NCBI GenBank assembly: GCA_903813345.2 | Contig: CAIIXF020000001.1 | Location: forward strand, 48,422,001 to 48,486,000 | Direction of reading: 5' to 3' | DNA: 64,000 nucleotides | Source: Owenia fusiformis | Lineage: Eukaryota | In this document: piece by piece, positions 35,901 to 49,100 of the stretch | Position numbering within the stretch: position 1 is the first letter of the stretch | Layout: each line of letters begins with the position of its first letter | Position numbers and translations under genes: made by a program | Notes under the pieces: generated by a model | Told to the model about the DNA's origin: nothing | The model's database searches: none | The model's input: only the letters and a program-made list of their open reading frames with translations

Positions 35901-38356
35901 AAATGAAGCATCATTCATAATACATGGTTGGGAACCATCAATATTGGGCTCATGGATTCTTAAAACATACAGTACATTTTTTAAGATAACAGCTTTTCCA
36001 TATTAACCCAGCAACACTGGCATAGTATGATGATGTTTTATATCTGAACAGATGGTGAACGCCTTATAAAATACTCCTTTATGAAATGTCAATAAAAACT
36101 CACTCTCCGCAGCTCCTATTGAAAGTTTACCAAAGAATCTTTAGTGAAGAATTTATAGCCAGAAGGGGGTAGAGAAATTGCTAAACGTATACCTGCATAT
36201 TTTTCTATACAGATTTTTAAGCTTTTGGATATATGAAAATATGAAAACAAAATTATGTATTACTTTTCAAGGTGTCAAAATAAATAAGTTGATGATTTTT
36301 CTTGATATATTTTTTTGTATTTTTAGTGTTATTCATGTTATATGTTAAAATAAGTCGATGGTTGTCTACCATTGAAAAAGTGTAAATTATTTCTTCTTCA
36401 GGAATCTTTAAATTTGAAAACAAAACAATTCAATATGAACCACTTGAAATGCTAAATGAGTTCTCAGATTATGCTATAAATTGTACTTCAAATGGATACT
36501 AAATTCAATGAAAGCCCAAGTGTTTATTTTATGATGTCCTGAAACAATCAAACATTCATCTCATAAAAAGGAATCTATTGTAGATAAAAGTACCTTTATA
36601 ACCTCTTCACAATCAAATAACATGGCTTCTTTGGGCAATAAACACAAGGCTAAAATAATGTATCAATTTGACCTAAGATAGTCCAAATATTATATTTCAA
36701 TCATTTATCAGTCACCTGTTCTGACCATTGAGTAAAAACAAAACTTATGTCCCTATCTCACTCCATCATTTAGACTTCTTTATGGTTGGTACATTTTTAA
36801 TGAAGGAAATGTTAATTTCTCTGACAGATTGGTATAATTTAGTAGTATCACTGTTTAATGGTACAATATGTTTAAATCTTAATGCCAATCTTAACATACA
36901 GGTGCAAGTGAGGTATTAATAATTTATGCACAAATAATAATAATCAGAGGAAACATATCATTTGCAGATATATTGTATGTTTTATTATATTCATATATAA
37001 CATTCAATAAGCACATGATCAATTTTCCTTAAACATGATGGGCATATAATAATGGCAAAAATAGTGTATTAAACATAAAACATGTACTTTAGGAACACAA
37101 CCTATTTTATCAAAAGTTAAAACAATCAATTTTTGAAAGTAGATAACATCCATTCATTTTTTGTTTTGAATGTCAATGGATATCCTAGTAATATTCCAAA
37201 GACGGCTATTGAGATATCTGCATAACCTTGTGCTAAAATTTAATTAAACTGATCTCAATGTTGATGGCCAGGTGAATGGGAGTGTGAAATGACAGTGTTC
37301 AATTACTATTGAGAGATTATCTTATAAATAATGGCAGGCTATTTATCAGGTAGCATTCTACGTACAAAGATAATTAATAGATTCCATACTGAACAAAGAT
37401 AATACAATATTGGTAGAGAGGCAATTTATGAACAAGATTAGAAAATATTAGTCACAGTTTTATCAAATCTTGAAGTCAAAATTGGTAATATGAAGAAACC
37501 AAGAACACACTTCAATTCTATTTCCCGAGGAGAAGAAAGGATTAAAATGAGCTGCTGACGTAACTTCTTGAAAAATATCATGATTTTGCAAGATATTTTT
37601 CTAATGCCATTCTTTGTCATACCTATTTTCTAAAGATTAAGATGTATGAAAGGTCAGGAAACACAGATCCAAGTGTTAAGTCTAATTATTTTCTTGACTA
37701 CTGACCCTACTGGTTTCTTAATGGTCAGACTACACTTTCTACCATTTTGACGACCATATGCTTTTTTCAGATGAATGTAACTCATTCTAAACATGGTCTA
37801 TATCTTTAAATTTTGCACAAAAGGTGCTTTACTTTACCAAGATTAATTATTGAGTGTTATTTTTTCTTTAGAATGTACATATAACTAGAAAATTGAGCGG
37901 TCTTCTTTTCAAAATTTCAAAATAATCTCATCATGCGGATCTGCCTTAACTTAGACTGACTGACTGGGAAAAAGGAAAAAAGAAAGGCATTAACCCAGGT
38001 ATACATATATACAGATGGTGTTTGTGAAATACATACTATAATAGTATTTCACATTTTCAGTAACAATATTCATTCAGGTCTCCAGTCAGCTGTTCCAGAC
38101 TACTCAGGTACCATGTTTGTAGATACTAGTCAAAGCTTCCATGGCATTACAATTGCAATGCTTTTTAACAGAATGAAAGAATGTCAGAACTTACTCTTGG
38201 TAAATCTCTTATGGAGTTTGAGTCCAGGAACAGCTCCTCGAGTGTCCTTTCTGAGTTAAACACTTCAGCAGGCACATGTTCTAGTCCTGAGTGGCGGTAA
38301 TCTAATGTAGTAATCTCTTCCACGGGAGCCCGCAAACAACATCCAAACTTCCCCAT
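20836..38356 (-). CDS. ERBIN: LAP-family (LRR and PDZ) scaffold protein with one PDZ domain; Erbin/Densin-180 (LRRC7) co-ortholog; complete CDS
   Basis: 19 phase-consistent GT-AG core coding exons. N-terminus [47 protein letters not shown], then an LRR array, LAP-specific segments ([30 protein letters not shown]), a long disordered region and a terminal PDZ ([40 protein letters not shown]). One PDZ rather than four argues against Scribble. Confidence 0.93.
21465..21539 (-). CDS. ERBIN: LAP gene PDZ exon 2
   Basis: gcag|[25 protein letters not shown]|gtaag. Confidence 0.95.
21837..21929 (-). CDS. ERBIN: LAP gene PDZ exon 1
   Basis: ttag|[31 protein letters not shown]|gtgagg. Confidence 0.95.
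22186..22409 (-). CDS. ERBIN: LAP gene exon
   Basis: acag|(G)TGGPLFNRG...SQQSKL|gtaagt. Confidence 0.87.
22490..23795 (+). repeat. Degenerate 21-bp minisatellite (TTTATGACAGGTTATGTTCAT-like) interrupted by the mariner element
   Basis: Units at 22490-22625 resume at 23685-23795. Confidence 0.7.
22632..23684 (-). mobile_element. Mariner deletion derivative with about 295-bp TIRs and a frameshifted transposase N-terminal HTH fragment
   Basis: TA|CTTAGGTGG...CCACCTAAG|TA; internal ...[45 protein letters not shown]...[10 protein letters not shown], a mariner DNA-binding region; no DDD catalytic domain. Confidence 0.9.
24350..25082 (-). CDS. ERBIN: LAP gene exon (Pro/Ser/Thr-rich)
   Basis: ccag|[10 protein letters not shown]...DFQRNG G|gtatgt. 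Confidence 0.88.
25862..25921 (-). CDS. ERBIN: Candidate 60-nt cassette exon of LAP gene
   Basis: ttcag|[20 protein letters not shown]|gtatga; phase 0-0. Confidence 0.35.
26260..27632 (-). CDS. ERBIN: LAP gene large exon (disordered region)
   Basis: ccag|(V)IKDSIPEP...MQRTPLQN|gtaagt; 1373 nt open. Confidence 0.9.
27930..28059 (-). CDS. ERBIN: LAP gene exon
   Basis: ttcag|[11 protein letters not shown]...GSLKR G|gtaata. Confidence 0.82.
28350..28682 (+). repeat. Tandem repeat, about 110-bp unit x3
   Basis: Units start at 28350, 28451 and 28561; nearly identical. Confidence 0.9.
28922..29425 (-). CDS. ERBIN: Candidate alternative exon of LAP gene (168-aa Y/H/N/S/D-rich); reads on to a stop at 28877 if the donor is skipped
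   Basis: cctag|GTT TAT CCA...CAG GAG|gtacaa; 504 nt stop-free, phase 0-0 like the flanking junction. Confidence 0.6.
29687..29821 (-). CDS. ERBIN: LAP gene exon (LAP-specific domain b)
   Basis: caag|[16 protein letters not shown]...TNKPKE|gtaaag. Confidence 0.88.
30030..30139 (-). CDS. ERBIN: LAP gene exon
   Basis: gcag|(E)[36 protein letters not shown]|gtatac. Confidence 0.9.
31322..31330 (-). CDS. ERBIN: Candidate 9-nt microexon of LAP gene (adds A-A-R)
   Basis: ttcttatttctttattatttacttcag|CTGCCAGAG|gtaaac; phase 1-1; TGCATG 14 nt into the downstream intron. Confidence 0.6.
31702..31804 (-). CDS. ERBIN: LAP gene exon (LAP-specific domain a)
   Basis: ccag|[35 protein letters not shown]|gtac. 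Confidence 0.92.
31939..32124 (-). CDS. ERBIN: LAP gene LRR exon
   Basis: tcag|[17 protein letters not shown]...[10 protein letters not shown]|gtacag. Confidence 0.94.
32374..32503 (-). CDS. ERBIN: LAP gene LRR exon
   Basis: acag|[22 protein letters not shown]...[10 protein letters not shown]|gtat. Confidence 0.93.
32632..32704 (-). CDS. ERBIN: LAP gene LRR exon
   Basis: gcag|(G)[25 protein letters not shown]|gtaag. Confidence 0.93.
32921..33065 (-). CDS. ERBIN: LAP gene LRR exon
   Basis: acag|[22 protein letters not shown]...[11 protein letters not shown]|gtagg. Confidence 0.93.
33362..33557 (-). CDS. ERBIN: LAP gene LRR exon
   Basis: atag|(R)[18 protein letters not shown]...[11 protein letters not shown]|gtaag. 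Confidence 0.94.
34510..34599 (-). CDS. ERBIN: LAP gene LRR exon
   Basis: gcag|(K)[31 protein letters not shown]|gtaac. Confidence 0.93.
35027..35105 (-). CDS. ERBIN: LAP gene LRR exon
   Basis: ctag|(G)[27 protein letters not shown]|gtaagt. Confidence 0.92.
35515..35632 (-). CDS. ERBIN: LAP gene LRR exon
   Basis: ccag|[40 protein letters not shown]|gtaagt. Confidence 0.93.
38195..38356 (-). CDS. ERBIN: LAP gene first coding exon (acceptor at 38369)
   Basis: MGKFGCCLR...SIRDLPR|gtaagt. Confidence 0.9.
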
Positions 38357-39865
38357 CTCTAGGGTGCTCCTGAAGAACAAAGATGAAGGGTTATAATATT
38401 CAATAAATCACATTATAATATTAACAATTTCCATAAAAATGAAATAAATGGGCTATAAAAGCCGAAAAGAAAATCTTCATAATCTTTGACACACAAACAA
38501 GTAAGTGGTTGATAAAAAATAACTCAACTATAAATATGAAGTGAGTTCAGAGTCTAATATGCAACAATACGATTTTACATCATATACACAAGTATACTCT
38601 AGTATATACTATATATATATCATGCCAATCTCAGACAGCTAGATGTACAAAGCTATTCATCAACAGTGTTCTTTTGACAGCATTAGACTTGTAGTATTGA
38701 TTGAGCACAGTTTCCCAGGTACAATGTCAAAGGACTGTCTATTAACAGCTGCTAAGGGTGATCAATACTGTTAAGTTAGTTGCAGTCGGCACACATATTT
38801 TAAGAAATATTTAAATGAAACTTTGACAAACCATGATATATGAGCTAAATCATTTAAAAAATCATGATCAAAATAACTCTTTTACAGTGGTATAGATTAC
38901 TATCTAAAGGTAAAATCAAGCTTTGCTGAAAAAGGTTATAAGAAATGAGTTAGGTTTAAATACATGTATATGTACCCCTATTTAGATGATGACATACATA
39001 TCCTTTTATCATCACTAAAAAGCAATAATCACCACTTTAAACATTAAAAGTTATTTAATGTGTCCAACTCAGATCATATAAATCCAGTTTACCACATCAT
39101 CAGATAAGAGGCCATTTGGGCATTTGCCCTTTAAAGATATCAACTAACAAGTAAAATCAGTTTAGAGAGATGAAATCTAATCTGATAACATAGATACACA
39201 CTCATGAGAAGTAACCTCAAATATATTATTTCAGTTTTTTCATAATAAAAAAATATGTTATACAGTTTTTCAGAAACAGTTCACACGTACAATTGTACAA
39301 GTATTTAAAACATATATATATTCTTTTATTGAACAACTTTTTGATGGCAAGATTGACAACTTTTTGATCTAAAGACAAAAAAATTAACAATATCTAAATC
39401 TATTCAAAAAGTGCTTCTTGATTCGAAAAAGAATCACCCTTTTCATGTACATATATGAATATCCAAACAAAAAAAAGATGTATGAATTATAAATGATACC
39501 AATGCATGATGAAAGTGGATTACTAATGGTGTCTGTTCTGACTATGACAGATAAATAGAAAAATCCAGGTGGCCTAAAATCTCAATTAAGCAATGCCACG
39601 ATCATAATATAATCTTATTTGAATTTAATGATCAATGGCGATCTATTGTGCTTTCATCATAGGATATGACACATATAGCTCAACTTCGTCTCTGAGTGTT
39701 CATTGCATGAGAAGGGAATGCTATTATCATAGAGGTGACACTGTAGCATAACTGTCACACCTATTCGTCATGAACTATTGTCTATCTGTCTATGTCTTGC
39801 CTTAAGCCAAATATAAAACATAGAATATTTGATTTTGAAATTATTCCAGAATTTCTACATCTGTG

Positions 39866-39934
39866 TACCTTTTGCCTTCGTTCGACTACGCTTCTCATAA
39901 AGAGAGTTTATAACTAGACTCTGCGTGCAGGGTA
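39866..39934 (-). mobile_element. MITE family A, 69-bp miniature
   Basis: TACC...AGGGTA; flanks ACATCTGTG/ACATTTGTG. Confidence 0.7.
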
Positions 39935-40689
39935 ACATTTGTGACCTATTCAAGATTAATGATATTTTTCAAATAAGGTTGTATTATTACATGATTTCTA
40001 TAATCATGGGCCTCTCTTTGTGACATTAAATGTTTGCCCACTGTGTAAATTGACCACCTACAATCTATCTCAGTTATGCCAGCACAACAAAGTAACTTTA
40101 ATTTAACAAATGACAGATTGTAAAATTAACTATCTAAACTAATATATATTATGTTATATATTAGCAACAGAAGCTTATTTTCTCAGTGGAGTTTCAGTCT
40201 ATTTTAAAACATATTGTTACTCTTTGTAGTTTGTATCTGTTTGACTTAGCTTCTTAAAAGATAGCTTCGTCTATACTCTTCTAAGTAGAAGATAAACATT
40301 TGAATTCGCCAAGCCAACCAGAGCTTCTTGTCACCAGATGGACAGTTTTCTAAATATGGTCATTTCGTCTGACATCATCAATGACCCAGTATTGACCAAC
40401 ACTGAAGCATTATTTGAATGTGTATGTATCTGAGAGGTTGAGAAAATATCAGCACACATCTCTGATTTGAATTAATTTATGACCCTGGCTGTGGTGGCTG
40501 TGAAGGCCTGTAGAGGCAAACCTCACTTCTTAAAGCCCTGATTTCCCGAAATCTCCTGTTAGTGTTGTGGAGGCATGGTCTCTGAACTGTAAAATGCTCT
40601 AAACTGTGCAGAGGTTGGCTTAGAAACTCCGTCCTCAGGGTATCTTGTAATATACACTTTGAGTGTTCTATTGAATTTAGCTTGATATC

Positions 40690-40913
40690 TACCCTTTGCA
40701 TTTGTTTGACTTCACTTCTTAAAAGAGAGCTTCGTCTTCACTCTTTAAGTTTACAATAAATCTCTGATCTCACCGAGCCAATCAAGGGTCAGCGTGGTAG
40801 ATGTGAAATGATTTATTACCCGAGCTGTCACAGGCACCAATCTTTTAGGCGGGACTGCTAAACTGATATATAGTCTATACTAGGCAGAGGGTAGTTTACA
40901 ACTAGACTGGGTA
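40690..40913 (-). mobile_element. MITE family A, internally deleted copy
   Basis: TACCCTTTGCA...GGGTA; flanks CTTGATATC/CCTGATATC. Confidence 0.75.
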
Positions 40914-42060
40914 CCTGATATCTTATTCACTGTCACATTCAAAAACTGATGAACTAGTCTCTTCTGCCTCAATCTGGGTAACTCATCTGCTAAGTTATCA
41001 TGGAAAAGAATCCACCAGGACACATCATGTAATGGTAAAGCATGCCACCTCACTTCTTAAAGCCCGATTTCCCGAAATCTCATATTTCTAGTGAAAGAGA
41101 AAGGTGTGATGAGTGTCAAGATAATCAGGATGATCAGAATGCATCCTGCCTAAGGAACTACCAAAATCATCAATTTTGACGTATTACAGATATTGAAGAA
41201 CTTTGGATTTCTTTGAAATCATCTAAAAATGTTCACAAATACGGATAATCTAAAACTAATAGGTGTACATATTGTATTACAAATCCAATTTTATAAAACT
41301 GTGATAATGGCTGTAGGCAGAACCTAAAGCAAATTATACATGCCCCAAAATCCAGCCGAAGTGCTTATAACAATACTGAACATTGGTATTACTTTTATCA
41401 AAGTATTATTGAGACCAGAAAGTTAATTTAATGCTAAATAGGCTAATGGGAAATATAAATTGCATTAGTAAATACTTCCATTCTTCCTTTCCTTCAAGTA
41501 TGTTGTTCATTTTTCAGAGACTTCAGTCCCTTTCAATTTATTAACAGAAAGTTTTGTTAAGGTATTGTACTAATACTCTAAAAAGGTTGTTTTTAATTCT
41601 AAAATCCACCTGGGCCTTTATTTAACTGTCTCTAAGTACACTCTAAGCCCTTAGCATAAATCCTACAAAATCTCAAGATTTTGAAATTACAAGAGTTCTG
41701 AAAGTTTAAAGACACTTTAATATTACTGAGAAACTTAAGAGCAATGGGTAGATTTGTTTGATAGTCTAAGGTACATGCTGCTTATGTAACATAACAACAT
41801 ATTGGGGTGTATGGAATAAGTACATATAACCTTATATTAAGACACATGAAGTAATGAATAATGAAAGATAGTTTTGCATCATATCTCCACATTCTCCAGT
41901 CTCACACTTGGTATATTTTTCATCAATGAAGCTGTATTTGAGAAAGGACAGGTACATTGATATATACCCTCTTAGTAACTACTCCTCTTGAGTAACTTGA
42001 TTTTGCTTCTTTAAAAGGGAAGTTCATCTGCATAGTAATTATTAAGCTCTGAGCCTGACC

Positions 42061-43576
42061 AAACTAGAAAACAGCAACGCCACGGAGTAGCAATTCCCAC
42101 CAAACAAAATATGATTTGACAAAAAATGGACATCTTGAAAATGACTTCTTGAACAGAGCTCTACTGTCCCTAGGTATCAGCATATGAAATTTGAACCAAA
42201 TCTGTCCATTGGTATTTGAGTTAGATTACGTTATTTTATGAAAAAATTCATTTTAAAATTCTGTAGCCATCTTGAAAATGTCTCCTTGAGCAGAGCTTCT
42301 TTGTCTCTAGGCATCAGCATATAAAATTTGAACCAAATCCAGTGTTCGCGCTAGCCATTTAAATTTCTGAGTCCCAGGGACGCAACACATTTGAAAAATG
42401 TGAGTCCCGTCTAATTTTTTTTGCGTCCCTCATATTTTGTTATTAAAGTGAAAGTAAAGTGGGCGATAATAGAGTGCTTCCGCTAAAACGGGATAAAAAT
42501 GACATATATTGTAATTCTATACATTCTCCCGATAAATATCTATCATTTGGTCCTTTTCACACAACTCTTTACTAATCTTATATCAAAATTCTCCGAAATG
42601 AATGAAAGAAATATTCAAATTAAGAGTTGTTTTCACATTTTACCAACCAGCGATCTTCAAGGTCGTGTCAAGGTCGTGAACTTTTTGTTTCTTCTAACAT
42701 TTTTCCTTACTCTGACGACTTTAAGATAAAAAACGAGCTATCATTAAATATATTGATGTATAACATTAGATCGATATCTAACTGTTCCTAGTCAGCTAGT
42801 GGAAGTAATTAAGATTATCGTGAAAAACAAATCCCAATTCTCAATTTTGAAACTAATGGTGCCCTCCGGAATGACTCGGAGGGCACCATAGCCAATCAAA
42901 TGCTGCGTTTCAGACTAGAAACCCCGCGAATATACTGAGACACTTCGGTAGCTAATCAGATTTGCCGACATAAACATTACCGAGATCAAAGAAGTAGACG
43001 ATTTGAAAATTCTTCGGAAAATCATGTTTTATCACTTCTATGCTGCAGTAAAAGTTACCTGATGGTGGTGTAGAATCTTTGCGTCCCAGGGACGAAAGTT
43101 ATTTCTGATTTTTCCGTCCGACCTCTTGAAATTTCCGTAAAAACGAGAAAAAACGGCGTCAACGCGAACACTGCAAATCCGTCCACTGGTATTTGAGTTA
43201 TCAAAGATTACATGTTTTTACGAAAAATGGTGGCCATTTTGAAATTTAGCTGCCATCTTCAAAATATTTTCTTAAGCAAAGCTTCTTTGTCCCTAGGCAT
43301 CAACATATAAAATTTGAACCAAATCCATCATCTAGTATTTGAGTTATCAAAGATTATATTTTTTTTAGCGAAAAATGGTGGCCATTTTGAATTGAGCGGC
43401 CATATTGAAAATTCCTTTTTCCCATTCCCATTAGGCATAAGCCTGTAAAATTTGAATCAATTCCGTCAATGGGTATTTCAGTTATCGCCCACACAAACGA
43501 ACAGTCGAATGTATGGAAGAACTAATAGACAAACAGCTTTCCTATATCCCCTCGAACTTCGTTCAGTGGGATAATA
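42061..43576 (+). mobile_element. HINE/Helentron-type non-autonomous element with internal tandem repeats
   Basis: Starts AAACTAGAA plus a short hairpin; tandem GCCATCTTGAAAAT...TTTGAACCAAATC units; ends with a decayed GAC-type microsatellite and TATATCCCCTCGAACTTCGTTCAGTGGGATAA; same family as 58052-59298. Confidence 0.7.
42340..43173. mobile_element. MITE nested in the HINE element (CAGTG termini, 6-bp TSD; hAT6-like)
   Basis: CAGTGTTCGCG...CGCGAACACTG; TSD CAAATC; removing it restores the host repeat unit AACCAAATCCGTCC. Confidence 0.85.
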
Positions 43577-45780
43577 AGGGTAATCAATGCAAGGGTACAT
43601 GAAAGGGTACTAAAGGGTGTTGTTATACATTTGATTATAATGAAACTAGAACCCCATAATTATACCAAATAATTCAGTATATAAAGAGTATTCACTAGGT
43701 TTTTGATAGACTATAGTCAAGTTGAGATATAAACCAAATATAGATTTCTGTATTAATGTTTTACTTTAAGAAATCTTAAAATGTTTGGTGAAAGGTTCAA
43801 AATCATTTTAGATTTTAGAATGAAGCAAACAATGCAACAATGTTTATAACACTTTGAAGAACATTCTATTTAATAATTTATAAGCTAGGCGGTCTATTTG
43901 TATTATACATATTGTGCTTCTATAAACTTGACATAAAAAATAAATAAAATTGAAAACAGACTGTGGTAACCTGTTAATATGTAAATCTAACAATGAACAA
44001 CTGCATCACAAACAAATGAACAATGTTATTTATCACAAAACAAAATAGTTAATCTGAAAAACAAATTTCCTTCTTTTCTAGACATAACTGAATTCATAAA
44101 AACTGATTCTTATCATTCTTAGAAAACCACCTAGCATAAATGTTACCAAATTAATTCTATTATAATATTTTCCATGATAGACAGCTTTAAATAGAAAATG
44201 ATATAACAATTCAAAGTTCTTCGTGTTAAATGCCAAATTGTTAAATTTGTTGTTCCAAAAGCTAAACACAGCAACATAATACAGCATGCCCAGGGGCTAA
44301 ATATTCTGCAATGAAAGTCCTGTGCCAATTTTTACTCTGACCATGCTACTTTGGTGCCAATTTCCTGAAAGATGACCTGAATCATTCACTGAAATTTCTA
44401 AAATGTTCACGATATTTGTCTCAGATCTGTCTGTTTTTAAAAATCCTTGTTCATTCTATATTTTTCATTTTTCACAATTGAAATTCACAAAATAAATTAG
44501 AGAGGTTAAGCAAGACTATTTTTTGTGACATGCACCGCCTTCCCATTCGTGGTTTATGTTGTAAAAAGTAGTGTTGCTTAACCTCCTTATTGACTGTACA
44601 TTAACCAGCATAACCATCCCCCCCCAAAGGAAAAGGTCTAAATTATTGTCTAACAAATAGGCCCAAAAATAAACCATAGGCTCACTGTGTGAGACAAAAA
44701 TACCAAGTTATGAGTTTGTTACCTAAATTGCCTGATTTATATGGGGAGAACCATATTTTGGGCCCTAACATACTTTTTTCTCTGCCCCTAGACCCCCCCC
44801 CCCATATCCATCACTGCATCTTTACACAGAACAGGTTACCCTACTTCACATCTTATATCACCTGGATTTACCTATTAATCAAGCTACTCAAATACTGCTA
44901 CAATTATTATGTTCACTGATACAACTCCACATATTCCAACAGACTGGAGAGTAAACTATCGATCTCTAACAACTATGTCAATACTCTGGAATAATACTAC
45001 AATAGTTTCAAGTTTCATAATTTCAAATACCGTAAGCCATATTCCATACAAATCACATGAGAATTTCAAGGTCCTGTTTCAACATAACTGCAGTGATCTT
45101 CACAACATGTGTAAATTTGAAACAGGCTTGCACAAAACTGAAAAGCCATTTGCGTTCACTTGAGAATTTTGCGCCCATGCAAGTCAACATGGAAAGCCAA
45201 ACCCCTACCTCCCATCACCTATTGCCATAAGACTCATTGGTCGTATAATCACAGAATCAGTCAGAATCAAAGGTAATAATCTGTTATCTCTGACTAATAC
45301 TGATAATATATAGCAATGCTCTGTGTGACACAGGTGGTACCATAATGAAGTGGCCAGATCAATGGTATTCATGTGTTTCCCATTGAAAAAGCCTCTTATC
45401 CAGTCATGTCCATCTTTGACCACTAGACACTTTAGCAACTTAGGATGCTTATAGAAATAATTGTTTGAGAGGTTCACATCTTGCACTCTGAAGCCCAGAG
45501 GCCAGAAGCTCAACAATGTTAAAGGAAGGGTAACATCTTGTATTCCAATGTATAAAACAAGATCAGGTATAACTAATTTATGCATACACAATTAGTGAAA
45601 CCATGGGAGATAATATTGTATGAAGTTTTACACATCCAATTCATTTTTTGACAGTGACAAAGATACTTGCCAAAAATATCATCTGCTGATTGAATATTCA
45701 GTAAACTTGATGAAAATGCCCGTAGTTGTTAACTTGTTACTGCATAACTGTGACTTGGCAAGTTGGGATGTTAAGCAGAT

Positions 45781-46151
45781 TACCCTGCATGCAGAGTCTA
45801 GTTAAACTACACTCTGCCTAGTAGAGACCATATTACAGTTTAGTAGCCCCGCCCCCACGACGGGTACCGGTGACAGTTTGGGTAAATCACTTTTGACCTA
45901 CGCGCTGACCTTCCACCAATCAGCAAGCTTGAAGAAACATGCGCCAAATGCGTTCTAATTAAATATACGCATGTCATTGGTCAATTCCGGGCTCAACGAT
46001 GACGTCAGAAGGAATGACCATATAAATAACGTCGGTCAAATTTGGCCGACGAACACTGATTGACGCGGTGAGTTCACAGGTTTATTTTAGTTTGAAAGAG
46101 TGAAGACGAAGCTCTCTTTTAAGAAGCGAAGTCAAACGAATGCAAAGGGTA
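45781..46151 (+). mobile_element. MITE family A, full-length (9-bp TSD, Mutator-like)
   Basis: TACCCTGCA...TGCAAAGGGTA; perfect TSD TAAGCAGAT. Confidence 0.85.
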
Positions 46152-49100
46152 TAAGCAGATGTGTTTTGTGTGCAATTTCTTTATTGTTCCTTTGGAAAGA
46201 GAGCATAATCACCTCCTTTTTACTTTCATATGAAACATGAGATAGGTGTCCTAAAGTAAACTTGATTTTGTGGGATTTGAATGAGTAATTTTTTTTCATT
46301 TGATTAAACCTTAAGTTATGTATTTGCTAAGGTTAAGTTCTGATATCCCATCCCTGTTAACTTAAGATTTTACACATTTTAAATCTTCTATCAAACAGTA
46401 AACAAACTACCTGAATAAACATAGTACAAAAACTCTATTCATACCGCACATGTAAAAAGTAAAGTAGATACATGATCCACCAATTCAAGATAAACGTATA
46501 ATTCATCAAATGGTCGATTATCTACCTTGAATACTGAATGTCTTTTAGAGTGTATTCCTAACCATCCTAAAATTGACAATTTAGCTTATAAGGTTCAAAA
46601 AGAGAAATTCTTTAACAAATATGCATACACATTGATACGGTTATTCGTTAAAAAGCTATGGTAACATGAGATGTGATTTTACACCAATTTCCTTTTAACA
46701 CTCATATAATAAATATGGTTGGTTAAGTTTGATATTCCTTTGGTCAATTCAGAAAACATGTGCACTATACTTGATTTTAAAATGTGGTAGATGTCAGAGT
46801 CAGACATGTTTAAAGTCAGCCCCTATAACAAAATTTGAGAATGATGATTGCTTTCACATAAATTTTTCAAAGATCAACTGTCTTAACAAATGAAATTGTC
46901 ATTTAATAACCCTTCTACCTAAAAAATTAACAGTGTTTTATATTACAACTGTTGGCATTTGCTCATCATTCTTTTCTACATATCTATAAAACATTGTTGA
47001 TTTTCTCAAGCAAGTTTGGAAAGCTGTCTTGATAATCTAAAGCTCAGAATAAATCTTATAAACATCTGTCCATCTTACAAGCAACAGACAGACACTGATG
47101 GCTTCACGGATAAACAACTGGTGAAATTGGATGTGAAATTAATTAGGAGATTTCATTATGGGACATCATGATGGGACATGAATGTATTTATCAAACTCAT
47201 TAGTTTTGAGGCCTGCAATGGCATATTTAGCTGAGGGCTGTTGTAAGAGTTGCTGAGTTGACCAGGACTATGCCAATATTACCTCCCCAGTACCCTTTTC
47301 AATAGTTCTATTTGACCTCTTCAAACTAAAGCTTCATAATACATATACATTTAATGACTACCAAGTACTTGCTCTCAGGGTATCTTCCAGTGTGATTTTC
47401 AAAAACCACCATTATGTTCAATGTCCATACCAAAGTGATATTGTCCCATTCTCCCAGCATGTGTGATGTCAGAAAACATGTTTTACTACAACAAATATGT
47501 AATAATTACCATAGGTGACACTAAACTGTCTTATATTGTGGCATCAAATATACTTCATACTTTACTAACATGCAATGAAAATAGAAACAATAAGAGTATC
47601 ATATTTTATACAAATGAAGAACGAAACAAAAATAGTCAATAAAAAGTGACATATTATCAAAGATGACTAATTACCAGATTTTTGACATTTATTCATCTTT
47701 GAGTTCCAAGGTGTTATGACACAAGTTGGGGTAACTGAAACCTTGTGAATCAAGATGACATTTATTAGACTGACCCTAGACAAAAATTCTAGAAATTGAT
47801 AAGAACTCCTCATTATTGAAACCATAGATGACAATGTATGATATGATCACAGTCACCAAGTTGCATGTTAAAATGTTAGATGTACAGGAATGTGAAATGT
47901 GAGAAGCTGCCTATCATTTACCATCTCAGCTTAATCCATTCCAAAATCATATCTACTGATACATTAGAATAGTCACTCTTTCTCTGTATAATACTACCTG
48001 CAACACATGATCTACCTACAAGTCTTATTTCATACAAAATCATTCTGAATACAGATATGTAGTATAACACATTTCATGAATCATGAGTCATACAATTCAT
48101 AACTTAACCTAGGATATCTACTCCGCATTCTGAAGGGCTATGCACCATTTATCATCATTTTATCACTGAATTTATACCATAAGCCTTTTCAAAGTCAATT
48201 GCGATAAAACATTCAAATGCCAAAATATCTGAACATGACCTCAGTTTGAGGACTGGGTTTATTGTCTGAATTTATCGAAACTGAAAAAAAGTTGAATTCA
48301 AACACAATGGTTCAAATATTAAGTTTATTTGTAAACATGCTTTCTGATGTTTGTCTTTTATAGTCAAATGAAAATAGCACATTTTCAAAAGACATCTTTC
48401 ACACGTTTGAAGGAAAAGTTGATAAGCTTTAATTTTATGTTTATGTTAGAGTTCATTTAGTTGAAAAAAATTAATAAAATAAGTTTTGACTAATTGAATA
48501 GCTTATTGAGATTGAACTTCAATTGAGGTAATTATTGGATAGAAGGAAAGAAGTCTGGTTCTCCACCTACTCTATATCAGAGATGTCAATGAATGGTATG
48601 ATGGGGGGGGGGGGGGTTACACTTCTTGGATCTTAAGCAAAGCTGTACCTTTTGTTTGTTTAAGCTGAAATTGATGTTGCTTAACATTGTTAATCAATCC
48701 TATTTTACTTACGCTACATAGTTCATATAGTATCTACTATAATCACATTATTTTATTGATCAGCTGAGCCACTTTAGTTTCCTCTTTCATGCTATTTCCA
48801 ATTTGTACATATGGCCAAGTAAATTGTAATACCATAAATTATAATAATCGCATTAATATCTCACTGGGAGAAGGTATACCTAAAGCAGTCATATTTGCCC
48901 CTCTACTCACCAAGAGAACATTTTGGGAATGTATGAATTTGCACTATAATGGACTTTGTCATCTTGATCCATCAAGGTATTAAATGACTGAAGGAATACA
49001 CTGGTTTAACAGAATGGGACTTGTATAGTGAATGAAACTACTGAGGTATCAATAAGATAAAATGGGGTACACAAGCAATACTATGAGTAACATTGCAATA

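Noticed and set aside
20836..38356. Calling the LAP gene Scribble
   Set aside because: It has a single terminal PDZ of Erbin/Densin type rather than four PDZ domains.
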